A stretch of 54,933 bases of DNA. Source: a virus (taxonomy: Duplodnaviria; Caudoviricetes). This document shows positions 25,955 through 36,811 of the stretch, piece after piece. Every line of letters starts with the position of its first letter. Positions within the stretch are counted from its first letter, which is position 1. The notes beneath the pieces were generated by a model. It ran no database searches. It worked only from the letters and a program-made list of their open reading frames with translations, and was not told where the DNA came from. The position numbers were made by a program, and so were the translations under genes. The stretch is taken from positions 1 to 54,933 of IMG/VR virus record IMGVR_UViG_3300011440_000025; one strand, given 5' to 3'.

Positions 25955-28448
25955 TGGAACCATAAAACGTTCGGATATAATTGAAGAGGCAGCCGTCAAG
26001 GCACCTTATGAATTAGCTCAGAACTATAAGTACTTGGAGAAAGAACTTAATAAATCCTTGAATACGTTCAAGAGTTACGAGACAAAAGTGTCTGGTTCTA
26101 AGAGCACTACTTCACTTACTAAGAATACGAAAGACCTTACAGCAGCTCAAGTTGAACTCGCTAAAATACAGAAACAAATAAGTACTGTTCAAGTCCAGTC
26201 TACTGATCAGGTTATTAAGGCAACGGCTTGGTTAGACAAAAACAAACGAGTATTAAAAGAACGTACTGAACTTGGTAAGCAAGATGCTAAATCGGTAACA
26301 GCAGAAACGGCAAGTTATAAACAACTTGAAGCAGCACTAAAAATAAATACCGATGCATATAAACGCATGAGTGCAGCTGAGCGGGATAATACAGAGGAAG
26401 GTAAAGACTTGGCAACCATAATCAGTAAGCAAAGACAAGAACTAAATGGATTTAAAGAAGCTACTGGAAGTTCAACTGTTACCTTAAAAGATCTTAAGCT
26501 TGAGTTAAAGGCAATACAAAATGAGTTAATAGGATTAGAGGAAGGATCACAAGCGTATATAGTAGCGAGCAAGAAAGCTGGTGAATTAAAAGATCAGATA
26601 GTAGATATTAATGATAACATAAAAGCTAGTTCAGGAGACACGGCATTTGAGAATCTTGGTTCACGTGTGGGTATCTTAGGTGACAAACTTAAGACTGCAG
26701 ATTTCAAAGGGGCAGCGAACCAATTAAATAACATAGCTTCATTGAGTAAGCAAATTACTTTTAAAGAAATGACCAGTGGTATTGGGTCATTCGGTAAAGC
26801 TATCTTCAATGTATTAAAAGCCAATCCTATATTTGCCATAGCGGCTGCGGTGTTAGCGGTTGGCGCTGCTCTCTTTGCCATGAAAGATAAGATTAAAATT
26901 GTCGGCGCAGCCTTTGATGCTATAGGAGATGCTTGGGATTGGCTGGTAGATCAAGGTGGAAAATTAACTGATGCAATTGGTCTTACTACTATAGCGTTTG
27001 ATAAACAGACTGAAGCTATTGTTAAGAATACAACGGCTATTCGTGAAGGAGCGGTACAAGCACTTGAAGATCAAATCAAGTTAGCTAAAGCAGCGGGCGA
27101 ATCTACAGAGCAACTTGAATTAAAAAAGCAACGAGCTATTATTGAAACTACTAGAATTGTTATTGATCGTTTAGAGTTACAAAGAAAGGAAGGAAGTAAA
27201 TTATCTGATGAGCAAGATAAAGAATTAGCTGAGAATAAGAAGTTAAACCATGATGCGCTAATAGAAAAGAAAGTATTAATTATACAAAGCATAACAGATG
27301 CACGTGAAGCAGCAGCTGAAGGAATACAGATTGCAAAGGATGAAGAGGCAGAAAAATTAAAGGTAAGAATAGACGCATCCAATAAAGCATGGGAAGAAAG
27401 GAGAAAGATACTTGAGAAAGAAGCGGATGCATTTAAGTTAGGACTTGCTAAGATACGTGAGATTGCAAATAAAAATACGGATAAGGAAACTGAAGAATCC
27501 AATAAAGCAATTAAGAAAAGATTTGAAGGACTGATTAAAGGTACAGCTGATGCAGCAAAAGAAGTTGAAGATAAATTAAATCTACAAACAGCTAGGGAAA
27601 AGTTTGTATCGGGATGGACAGACGCATTAACTAAAGTTCAAAAGGCTTTAGCTGTATGGGGAAATGCTATAGGAGATTTGTTTGCGTCCATCACTGCTCG
27701 TAGATTACAGAATATAGATACTGAAGAAAGGGCAAGTAATACAGCTAATAAGAAAAGACTACAAGACGAAAAAGACAATCTTGCTAAATCTTTAGATAAT
27801 GAAAAGCTAACACAAGAACAGCGTGATCAACTTAAAGTAGAAAGCGATGTACGAGTGCGGTTACTTGAGGCACAACAAGAACGTAGGCAATTAGATTTTG
27901 AAGCAAGACGCCGAAAGGAGTTACGTAAGCAAGCGATATTTGAAAAAGCGTTGGCAGTAACTCAAGCAATTATTGCTGGAGCCGTTGCTGTTATATCTCA
28001 ACTTAAAGTTGTTGGTGCTGGTATAGGTTTAGCTATAGCAGTTGGAGCGTTAGCAGCAGTTAAAGTAGGAGCAATATTAGCAGCACCAATTCCAGCAGCA
28101 GCAAAAGGTATAAGGAACTTCTTTGGTGGTAAGATACTTGCCGGTGAGGAAGGTCCAGAGTTAGCACATCAACCTGGGAAGGGATGGTCGTTGTTAACTG
28201 AACCGTCTATATACGATATGAAAAAGGGAACCAACATTTATTCACATAAGGAAACTATGAGGATGCTAGCTACTGGATCTTTCAAAGCTAGTAGCAATTC
28301 GGATCGTCAAGGCTTCGATAATAAAGGAATCAAGTATGAACTGCGTGGAATAAAGAAAGCAATACAAGGACAACGTATACCAACGAGAGATGGATATATA
28401 GAGAATGGTACACGAGTTAAATACTTGAACAGTTTAAGGAATAGATGA
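25944..28448 (+). CDS. Tape measure protein
   Basis: Long Ala/Lys/Glu-rich helical protein with hydrophobic segments and a C-terminal GEEGPE motif. Confidence 0.85.
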   Translation: MASDGTIKRSDIIEEAAVKAPYELAQNYKYLEKELNKSLNTFKSYETKVSGSKSTTSLTKNTKDLTAAQVELAKIQKQISTVQVQSTDQVIKATAWLDKNKRVLKERTELGKQDAKSVTAETASYKQLEAALKINTDAYKRMSAAERDNTEEGKDLATIISKQRQELNGFKEATGSSTVTLKDLKLELKAIQNELIGLEEGSQAYIVASKKAGELKDQIVDINDNIKASSGDTAFENLGSRVGILGDKLKTADFKGAANQLNNIASLSKQITFKEMTSGIGSFGKAIFNVLKANPIFAIAAAVLAVGAALFAMKDKIKIVGAAFDAIGDAWDWLVDQGGKLTDAIGLTTIAFDKQTEAIVKNTTAIREGAVQALEDQIKLAKAAGESTEQLELKKQRAIIETTRIVIDRLELQRKEGSKLSDEQDKELAENKKLNHDALIEKKVLIIQSITDAREAAAEGIQIAKDEEAEKLKVRIDASNKAWEERRKILEKEADAFKLGLAKIREIANKNTDKETEESNKAIKKRFEGLIKGTADAAKEVEDKLNLQTAREKFVSGWTDALTKVQKALAVWGNAIGDLFASITARRLQNIDTEERASNTANKKRLQDEKDNLAKSLDNEKLTQEQRDQLKVESDVRVRLLEAQQERRQLDFEARRRKELRKQAIFEKALAVTQAIIAGAVAVISQLKVVGAGIGLAIAVGALAAVKVGAILAAPIPAAAKGIRNFFGGKILAGEEGPELAHQPGKGWSLLTEPSIYDMKKGTNIYSHKETMRMLATGSFKASSNSDRQGFDNKGIKYELRGIKKAIQGQRIPTRDGYIENGTRVKYLNSLRNR

Positions 28449-31042
28449 CCGGCCACGCAGATAAATATTATCTACTAAGTAACGATACAGGCGAGAGTCT
28501 GATGCTTGATAATGCACCAGTAGGATGGGATGCAACTCGTTTTAATATATTAAGAGATGCGATTTATCTTGGTGTTATAAAAACAATTAGCGTTGAATTT
28601 AATTTTGTAGGAGAGGGATTTGACTTTCTTCAAAGGCACCGTCTATTATATGGGATGGATGCAAGTATTTTATTTCGTGTCTATAGAAAAAATGTATACT
28701 TGGTTGGTGGTAAAGTTAACTTTGAAAACTTCTATGAAGATAGGAAGTTCAATAAGTTCCGAGTTGATATTGTACAAGGAACGTTCCATCAAAAGTTTAC
28801 TAACAATGAAGATGTAAGATTAAATATTCTTAATGATATATCACTTGATCGTTTAGGTATCACACCAGCTGAATTAAGGTTGGCTACATTTAGAGGTAAG
28901 GAGATTCAATATGTATCAACAGGGCTAAGAGAAAATTCGGATGTTGTATATAATTACCACCATACTATTCCATTTTTCTTTGATGTTAATGGTAACCCTG
29001 GAGTACAGCAACCATCATCTATACAGGCAGACTTTAATCCAGATGAAGGAGCAGGTACTTTAATTCCTAACCTTGCACCTATACTACCAAAGGATATAAG
29101 GAATGATCCAGCTGGGCACCTCTATAAAAATACTTTAAACTCTCCTCAGACTTTAACTATTGATTATGATATAGTAGGCAATGCGAATTATGTAGGTAGT
29201 GTTCCAGGCTTTGATGATTGGGAGTTTGATCAGATATGGCCAGAGCGCAGAATAAGATTAGTGCACGTTGATTCAGTAGGAACAGTTAAAGCAACTTTAT
29301 TTGAATCGGTGGTGCAGGGCTTTAAAGAATTTGGTAACTCTCCTTATGGATGCTATGGACCATTTGCATATTCAAGTATAATTATTGTTACACTTCAACC
29401 AGGAGAAAGACTTTTCTTTTTAAATGAACAAACAATACTTAACATAGTTGATGGTAATATTCTTGTACCATCTGGTACATTATCCGCGGACAGTCCTATG
29501 GATAATATATTTAAAGTGGACTATACCTATAGCGTATTAAGAATATCCATTACTCAACCAAGTACTATATTAGACGATCAACATTCTGTTATTCTACCAC
29601 ACGAAATATTTCAAACGCTTATATCACAAATTAATGGAGGCAGGTTTATATCAAATTATTTCGGTCGTTTAGATTTAGGATATTATGAAGATGGAGAAGG
29701 AGCATACATTGCGATCACTACAGGTGAGATACTACGTGGCATTGATCCAACTACTGTCCAGGTCAATACTTCATTTAGAGATGCATTCAAAAGCTACAAT
29801 GCGATTCGGTGTTTGGGTGCAATTATTGGAGAGGACTATATTAGGATTGAGCCGTTGGATGATTTATTTAATTACGAAATTGCTGCGGACATAGGAGAGG
29901 TAAGAGAGTTTGCTATTACTCCAGCAAAAGATTTTATATTCAATTCTATTAAGGCTGGATTCCCTAACAATGAATACGAACAAGAAAACGGACGTGATGA
30001 ATTTAATACTACCTATCAATATACGAATGGGTTTCAATCTGTTAAACGTGAACTTGATTTAGTTAGCGTATATAATGGGGATGGATATGGAATAGAGTTT
30101 GCAAGACGAGCAAACATAATGTTCACTGGAACAGCCGACTCAAGATATGATGCAAAGATATTTTTAATCTGTCTTAAGCTAGATGATGAAGGAGAGTTGG
30201 TTACTAAAAGAGATGAGGACGTATTATCTGTATCTGGAATTTTTAGTCCAACGACAGCGTATAATTTGGATATCGCAGTAGGACAAAATATGTTAAGGTG
30301 GAAACGCTACCTTAACATTCCATTATATAGAAAGGCAGAACGTAAATTATTTTTTCAAGGCAAGGATAAGAAATCATCTATGCAACTTGTTACTGACTTA
30401 GGTATCAGTAATGATGGTCAAGATATATCCTTAGGTGGATCATATTATTTTCTTCCTGAGGAAAGGAGATTTCAATGCCCTATACATATAGATATTTTAT
30501 TTCAGATACTTGCTAATCCATTAGGGTTAGTTAAGTATACATATAAAGATGAAACGTTTTATGATTTAATCTACGAGCTAGATAGCGAAGTTGAAAAGGC
30601 AGCAACACAATGGAGAGTACTTGGAACTAAAGCAAGTCCTATTGAAGAAACAGATGAACCTACTTATCCTACTGGACCGATCTTAAAGTATGGTTCAAGG
30701 TTAGCGGATTATGTGAAGTATAATATTGATGAGGAAGGTTTTGTATTATATGCTGGTGGTAGCGCAGATGATGGTAGTATTCCTATAGGGGAATTATTGT
30801 TTAGGGGATTTGTTCCAACCATTACCATAGCCAATACGGTGAACATTACGCCTAGCGTTGGAGTTGGATTATTTACTGGCTATGCTCCTAGTGTATTTGG
30901 TGCAGGTGGAGTAGGGGTTGCGTTGTGGACTGGACTTGCTCCTACTGTAGTAATAGACGTACCTGGAGGTGAAGGGTTAGCAACATTAGGTGGAGATTTC
31001 TTACAAACATTAGATGACGAATATATTATAGAATTACCATGA
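28445..31042 (+). CDS. Tail tip/baseplate structural protein
   Basis: Follows the tape measure; P.GWD N-terminus; C-terminal GF/YxPTV repeats. Confidence 0.65.
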   Translation: MTGHADKYYLLSNDTGESLMLDNAPVGWDATRFNILRDAIYLGVIKTISVEFNFVGEGFDFLQRHRLLYGMDASILFRVYRKNVYLVGGKVNFENFYEDRKFNKFRVDIVQGTFHQKFTNNEDVRLNILNDISLDRLGITPAELRLATFRGKEIQYVSTGLRENSDVVYNYHHTIPFFFDVNGNPGVQQPSSIQADFNPDEGAGTLIPNLAPILPKDIRNDPAGHLYKNTLNSPQTLTIDYDIVGNANYVGSVPGFDDWEFDQIWPERRIRLVHVDSVGTVKATLFESVVQGFKEFGNSPYGCYGPFAYSSIIIVTLQPGERLFFLNEQTILNIVDGNILVPSGTLSADSPMDNIFKVDYTYSVLRISITQPSTILDDQHSVILPHEIFQTLISQINGGRFISNYFGRLDLGYYEDGEGAYIAITTGEILRGIDPTTVQVNTSFRDAFKSYNAIRCLGAIIGEDYIRIEPLDDLFNYEIAADIGEVREFAITPAKDFIFNSIKAGFPNNEYEQENGRDEFNTTYQYTNGFQSVKRELDLVSVYNGDGYGIEFARRANIMFTGTADSRYDAKIFLICLKLDDEGELVTKRDEDVLSVSGIFSPTTAYNLDIAVGQNMLRWKRYLNIPLYRKAERKLFFQGKDKKSSMQLVTDLGISNDGQDISLGGSYYFLPEERRFQCPIHIDILFQILANPLGLVKYTYKDETFYDLIYELDSEVEKAATQWRVLGTKASPIEETDEPTYPTGPILKYGSRLADYVKYNIDEEGFVLYAGGSADDGSIPIGELLFRGFVPTITIANTVNITPSVGVGLFTGYAPSVFGAGGVGVALWTGLAPTVVIDVPGGEGLATLGGDFLQTLDDEYIIELP

Positions 31043-33072
31043 CAGCAGTATCTTTTTTAGTTGAGTATGCAGTAGCGAACGTTCTTAAGTTTACACTTGA
31101 CGGTGTAGATACAAGTCAACGTGCGAACTTTGATCAACGCAGGGTCGCTGATTCATTGGCTGCAACTGTTAATAGACAGCAAGAATTTTCTTTACCATTT
31201 GAGAACAATGATCCATTGAAGATACAATTCCTTACCAACTATTCTTATAAGAGAGTTAGGATAATAGATTGTGATGGATTGCAATATGATCCTACTACTG
31301 GATTTCAAAATGCTTTCTACTATACGCCGACTATAATTCATAGCTATACTAATTTATATTATAGAGCGGATTGCAAATTCTCCTCTATAAATGGTAAGAT
31401 GTTTATTTACTTTGAGTCGGGTAATGAATATAGCACTTCGGATTTTACAACCCCTACTGGACAAATTGCACTTGAAGGTAGGCTACCTGCGATCAATGCA
31501 GCAATAGGAGATACAATCAGATATAGACTTGAAGGAGGTGACTTTGCCGATACAATAATTGCGTCTATCGCATGGGATCCAACGTTGCAAGCACAAGGAT
31601 ATTTGACGGATGTGGATATGGTATTATTGTCTCCAGTAATAGGAGTAGTTGAAGTTATATACGATGAAAAAGAAGCAGACCTATACGAGCAAGAAATTGA
31701 TTTAAGTAATTTACTTGAAGGACATTATAGAATAGTAGTAGAGTTGGGATTGGTATCTGCTCTTCGAATATACACTAGCGAAAAAATATTTGTTAAGGAA
31801 GTCCATGAAGATAGTTTGGCAATTGATTATTCGCATCTTGGAACTTATAATGATGCAGACCTTTGGAATTACCTATATGAAAATGGGTGGCAAAATAGAA
31901 TACGCTTGGCGATGGACTTCTATAAAGTTACACCAGCTGGTGAAGTGGAAGCGGATGTGAATGATTCAGGAGTTCAACGTTTGTTAAGAGCAGTACCATT
32001 TAGACAATTAACTTTAGCAGCATATAATTTACCTGATTGGGTAATAGACAAACTAGGCGTAATTTTTAGTCACGATACAAAGATCATTAATGAATACGAG
32101 TGGGAGATTGAAAATCTAGGAGCAGTAGAGAATGTGGAGATGGCTAACGTTGGTACCTTCACCATTAATCTTAGACAGAAAAATGATAGAACAAAACGCT
32201 CAGATATATTTAGTGAGGAGTTAACAGCATACTTTGAACCAGCTTCGTATTCTCCTATAGCATATGGTGGAGGTAGTCCATTGGTATCCACATTTCATAC
32301 TAATAGCGGTGGAGACTTTTATTTTGTTTCATTACCGAGTTGGATATCTGCGGACGTAGCTGTATTTCAAGATGGAGATGTAGTTACCTTTACTATTTCT
32401 GCCAACGCTACATACTTTGAAAGGAGTATAACATTAACAGCGATCAGTGATGCGTTTGATGGATTAACTGCTACTATAGAATTTGAACAAGAGTATGATA
32501 CGAGCGTTCCATTATTTATAGATGTGGATCAAGACCCAGTTCAGATAGCAGGACTTGCTGGTTCAAACATTGTAATTAATGTAAGTAGTAGTGGAGATTA
32601 TGATATAACATATAGCGGTTCCCATACCTTTACTGCTGTTAAAGAAAACGGATTTACACAAGTAAGAATAAGTGAGCCTACAGAAAATGTTGGTCCGGGT
32701 AATCGTACTGGTATTGTTAAACTCGCATTGCAAGCAAACCCATCTATATTTGTTGAGATAGATGTGGAACAATTATTAACAGAAGTATTACTTGGGTTAT
32801 TACAAATTACACCGTCATCTCTTATATATCCAGATAATGGTGGAACACAGTATGTAGATATAGACGCATTAGTTGATTGCCAATGGCAGGCTAACAGTAG
32901 TCAGACTTGGTGTATAGTAAATACCGATGTGCATGTTGGTCCTTATCTTAATTTCAATGTTTTCTTAAACGGTCGTGACCTATATGTATTTGCACCAAGA
33001 TTTGCAGTAGTAACATTGGTAAATATTTTGAATCCATCTAATACTTTAATTATTAACGTTCAACAAAACTAA
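31039..33072 (+). CDS. Tail protein with C-terminal BACON-like Ig domains
   Basis: Roughly three repeats with W...N....R...(I/V)T(L/I) pattern. Confidence 0.6.
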   Translation: MTAVSFLVEYAVANVLKFTLDGVDTSQRANFDQRRVADSLAATVNRQQEFSLPFENNDPLKIQFLTNYSYKRVRIIDCDGLQYDPTTGFQNAFYYTPTIIHSYTNLYYRADCKFSSINGKMFIYFESGNEYSTSDFTTPTGQIALEGRLPAINAAIGDTIRYRLEGGDFADTIIASIAWDPTLQAQGYLTDVDMVLLSPVIGVVEVIYDEKEADLYEQEIDLSNLLEGHYRIVVELGLVSALRIYTSEKIFVKEVHEDSLAIDYSHLGTYNDADLWNYLYENGWQNRIRLAMDFYKVTPAGEVEADVNDSGVQRLLRAVPFRQLTLAAYNLPDWVIDKLGVIFSHDTKIINEYEWEIENLGAVENVEMANVGTFTINLRQKNDRTKRSDIFSEELTAYFEPASYSPIAYGGGSPLVSTFHTNSGGDFYFVSLPSWISADVAVFQDGDVVTFTISANATYFERSITLTAISDAFDGLTATIEFEQEYDTSVPLFIDVDQDPVQIAGLAGSNIVINVSSSGDYDITYSGSHTFTAVKENGFTQVRISEPTENVGPGNRTGIVKLALQANPSIFVEIDVEQLLTEVLLGLLQITPSSLIYPDNGGTQYVDIDALVDCQWQANSSQTWCIVNTDVHVGPYLNFNVFLNGRDLYVFAPRFAVVTLVNILNPSNTLIINVQQN

Positions 33073-33504
33073 ATGAGCATGACATTACAAGACTTACAAT
33101 TAGATAGTTTAACCAACCCTCTTTTATTAGAGGTGGTTTTTGCCTCTGTTATAGGAGCGTTGTTACACGTATTTATAAAAGCAAGGGATTTAAAACTAAC
33201 TACAACAAAACACAATATTGAATTTAAGTTCAGAGAATATTTTGTTGGAGATTGGTTGAGCCATATTATATCCGTGTTAGTAATTATGTTATATGTTTTA
33301 TTTATTAATAGGAGATTAGATCATATAACTGTAAACTTATATGAAGCCTTGTTAGCTACGTCAGCTACTGTAGGATATTCAGGTGATCATTTAGCAAGTA
33401 AATTTTTCTCAGCTACTACTAAGAAAATTGAATCCGCTATAGATTATAAAACAAGTTTAGCTGATAAGGCAAGTGGAACAACGGACGCACCTACACCAAA
33501 ATAA
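33073..33504 (+). CDS. Holin-like membrane protein
   Basis: Two to three TM segments, charged C-terminus. Confidence 0.5.
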   Translation: MSMTLQDLQLDSLTNPLLLEVVFASVIGALLHVFIKARDLKLTTTKHNIEFKFREYFVGDWLSHIISVLVIMLYVLFINRRLDHITVNLYEALLATSATVGYSGDHLASKFFSATTKKIESAIDYKTSLADKASGTTDAPTPK

Positions 33505-33516
33505 ATTTTAAATAAA

Positions 33517-34014
33517 ATGGCACAAGGCTTTCCCGCTCAATTAAACAATCCAGTAATTCCATATGCCACACCGTTGGTAACGGACTTATTTTTCTTTGCT
33601 GATCCTGCATTGGGTAATGGAAAGAAGAATACACTGTCTTCATTGTTGTCTATACTTTCATCTTTTAATATAGTTCAAAGTGTACAAGTAGATACAACGG
33701 GAGACATTATATTACCTTTTGCAAGCAAAGTATTCGGACATTTTTATGGCAGTACAACTATATCCGCTAATGCGGAAATATCTGTAACGGATGATAGTAC
33801 AGCAATTGAATTACATTTTATTTTTCAAGTAGCTGAAGTATCCGCTGGTGTATTTCCAGAATTAGAATGGCCAAGTAATTTTTATATGGGCGATTCAAGA
33901 TGGATATCAGGAACAAAAAAATGGACAGCACTTGAGGTAGGAATATATTTAGGCAAGGCATATAAAACTGCAACAAGTTGGTATTTAGAAATTTCAACAT
34001 TACCATTCATATGA
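33517..34014 (+). CDS. Tail fibre-associated protein
   Basis: Position; beta-rich. Confidence 0.5.
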   Translation: MAQGFPAQLNNPVIPYATPLVTDLFFFADPALGNGKKNTLSSLLSILSSFNIVQSVQVDTTGDIILPFASKVFGHFYGSTTISANAEISVTDDSTAIELHFIFQVAEVSAGVFPELEWPSNFYMGDSRWISGTKKWTALEVGIYLGKAYKTATSWYLEISTLPFI

Positions 34015-36806
34015 AAAAAATATTTTTATTATTATTTCTTTTTGTACTCTTCACTACAATAGCTTGGAGTCAGAGTACTGTACGTATGGCAACGGCTACC
34101 GGAACAGCGGTATATGTAGCTACATTTAATCCACCGTTAACATCATTGAATAGTCAAACGATGTATACGGTAACTTTTACTGGTGCAAATGTTGTTACTA
34201 ATCCAACCCTTGATCCAGACGGTGCAATACCTGCTACCGATATAAAACAAAATGATGGAACCAATCTTGAGATAGGAACGCTAGTTGCTGGTGGTACATA
34301 TAATTTAAAATATGATCCGACTAGTGGAGATTTTAAAATTATCGGTGCTACTGGTAGTGGCGGAGGTGGTCCATCGACAAACATTTATAATTCAGATGGA
34401 ACGTTAACGAGCAATCGTATATTAGACGGTGCGGGATTTAATCTAACATTAGATGATATTGTAAATTACAATGTAGTTTCTACAGGGTATATAGGAATGC
34501 AAAGTGGAGATGGCGGTATAGCTGTAACTTCTAATGGGAATATTACGCTTGCAACAGCTGGTGGTTCTGCTAATATAATTGCTGAATCAATAGAGTTCCA
34601 ATCTGAAGTTGGAAGTATAAATTTATTATCTGATCTTGCTTCTATATCTTTAACATCTACAGTACAAGATATACAAATTATAGCAGGGGATGATATAGAT
34701 TTAAATCCAGCAGATGATATTTTATTGAAAGGTATTGCAGCTGGTAGTCCAACAACACAATTTTTTAGAGGGGATGGAACGTGGGCTGTAGTTGGTCCGG
34801 GTACTCCTGATTTAACTTGGGTAACAAAGACAAGCAACTATACACCGATAGCAGCAGATTCGTCATTGGTTCAACCTGCATTTAATATGCGATCTGCTTC
34901 TGCAATTTCATTTACTGTTCCACCGTTTTCAGGAGTTAACTTTGCAGCAGGTCAAACGTTTTTAATATACAATGATAGTACAGGTATCGTATCGATACTT
35001 GAAGGATCAGGCGTAGATTTTGAAACTACTGCTGAAGGTGGTACAGGTCCGTGGACATTAGAAGAAAATGAATACGCGGTAGTTTCAAAATCAAATGCAA
35101 CTAATACATGGAAGTTAATGATGGGTGTAGGTGGTGGAGGTGGAGGGGATAACATTTATAATACAAACGGAACCCTTACCGCGGCACGAACATTGACTGG
35201 TGCAAATTTTGATTTAACTTTTACAGGGGTTCAAGATTTATTTTTAGAGTCTACATCCTTTACGGGTCAAGCCCAAGATAATATTGATTTCTTTACATGG
35301 GATGGTAATATAACTTTTGAAGCTAATGAAGCAACTACTGGAAATGTAACAATGATTGCAGGTAACTCGGTATCGTTAGTTTCTGATGATGTTGACTTAG
35401 ATATATTAGATGATTTACAAATCAATGGTGTATCAGGTACAACGGGTCAAGTGATTGGTAATACAAACGGTCATGCCGCATGGATTACACCGTCAGGTTC
35501 ATTTACTAATACAGCAGCAAATAATGAGATACCAAAAAGCGATGGAACAAATCTTGATCCATCAGGTATAGAATCTACTACTGCTGGTAATCTTAAATTA
35601 GGATTATCAAGTACAGTAGGAGCACTTAGAATTTTAGAAGCAAGTGGATCAGAAGTTAATGTTGGTTTACAAATAAACTCTAAAGGAGTCGGCACAATTC
35701 ATATTGCACCCAGTACAATGTCGGGTTCTTTTATAACGATGCTTGCAGGTAGTTTAGCTTTTACAGCAGGTAATGGATCAGCCCAACTTATAGGAACCAC
35801 AGTTGACCTAGCTTCTGGTACAACGGTTAGACTAGGCAAAGATGATTTATCAGGTACTAATAGAACTCTTATAGCAGCAGGGTCAGGATCAAATTTAGAT
35901 ATGACGTTAACAACAAAAGGTGCAAGTTCATTTTATTTTACGCAAGCTATTAACGCTTATTTTCAAAATGTAAATAGTTTTCATATTCAAGGTAATACAA
36001 GCCCAACAATATTTCTTGGCGCTGACGGATACGCAGGTAGTGTTTACCAAAAAGCAGCATCGGGTACAGCTGGTCAGGTCAATGGAGCGACAATAGAGTT
36101 TATCGGTGGTCAAGCATATCAAGCATCAGGCAATGGTAACGGTGGCAATTTAGCTTTTGTATCTGGTGCAAGACGTTCGGCAGGTAGCGGTACCGATGGA
36201 AAAATTTATTTCAATGCTTTAGGTACTTGGACAGAATGGATCAATGGTAATGCAACACCTACAGGTTTATCAAATTCAGTAGGTGTTTATTCACAAGATG
36301 TTTCAAGTAGTGCTGAATGGTTTGTAAAAAATGAATTAGGATATGTACATCAAATTTCCGGATACCATTGGAAAAAATTAACATACGATCTTACTTCTAC
36401 ACCTAGTTCTGGTTCAGGTGAAACAACTTTATTTTCATATTCTTTACCAGCGGGTACATTAGCAGTCAACGGTCAGGCTATACATATAAGAGCAGCTGGA
36501 TCAACTGCTTTAAATGGTAATACGAAAACACTTAAGATGAAGTTTGGTGCAGTTACTTTTTCTACTATACTTTTAGGAAGCAATACAATAAATAATATTT
36601 GGGCAGCGGATTGTTATATTACACGAAATACTGCTACTACACAAAAATGTAATTGCATATTAAATACAACGGATGGATTGATGGTAGCACAGGTATCTTC
36701 GGCAGGAGAAACTTTATCTGGTGCAGTAACATTTTCTATTACTGGACAAGGTTCAGCTACCAACGATATTTTAAGAGACCAAGTTTCCATATTTTACGAA
36801 CCTTAA
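34011..36806 (+). CDS. Fibre-like Gly/Thr/Ser-rich protein with Sec signal peptide
   Basis: True start 34011 (ATGA overlap), MKKIFLLLFLFVLFTTIAWS|Q; duplicated GGGG..NIYN.xGTLT..R motif. Confidence 0.75.
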   Translation: MKKIFLLLFLFVLFTTIAWSQSTVRMATATGTAVYVATFNPPLTSLNSQTMYTVTFTGANVVTNPTLDPDGAIPATDIKQNDGTNLEIGTLVAGGTYNLKYDPTSGDFKIIGATGSGGGGPSTNIYNSDGTLTSNRILDGAGFNLTLDDIVNYNVVSTGYIGMQSGDGGIAVTSNGNITLATAGGSANIIAESIEFQSEVGSINLLSDLASISLTSTVQDIQIIAGDDIDLNPADDILLKGIAAGSPTTQFFRGDGTWAVVGPGTPDLTWVTKTSNYTPIAADSSLVQPAFNMRSASAISFTVPPFSGVNFAAGQTFLIYNDSTGIVSILEGSGVDFETTAEGGTGPWTLEENEYAVVSKSNATNTWKLMMGVGGGGGGDNIYNTNGTLTAARTLTGANFDLTFTGVQDLFLESTSFTGQAQDNIDFFTWDGNITFEANEATTGNVTMIAGNSVSLVSDDVDLDILDDLQINGVSGTTGQVIGNTNGHAAWITPSGSFTNTAANNEIPKSDGTNLDPSGIESTTAGNLKLGLSSTVGALRILEASGSEVNVGLQINSKGVGTIHIAPSTMSGSFITMLAGSLAFTAGNGSAQLIGTTVDLASGTTVRLGKDDLSGTNRTLIAAGSGSNLDMTLTTKGASSFYFTQAINAYFQNVNSFHIQGNTSPTIFLGADGYAGSVYQKAASGTAGQVNGATIEFIGGQAYQASGNGNGGNLAFVSGARRSAGSGTDGKIYFNALGTWTEWINGNATPTGLSNSVGVYSQDVSSSAEWFVKNELGYVHQISGYHWKKLTYDLTSTPSSGSGETTLFSYSLPAGTLAVNGQAIHIRAAGSTALNGNTKTLKMKFGAVTFSTILLGSNTINNIWAADCYITRNTATTQKCNCILNTTDGLMVAQVSSAGETLSGAVTFSITGQGSATNDILRDQVSIFYEP

Positions 36807-36811
36807 CATAT

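Noticed and set aside
33978-34010. Upstream starts given by the ORF track (33978, 36653, 12864, 53467, 46572)
   Set aside because: Downstream ATGs give ATGA coupling or signal peptides and avoid long overlaps
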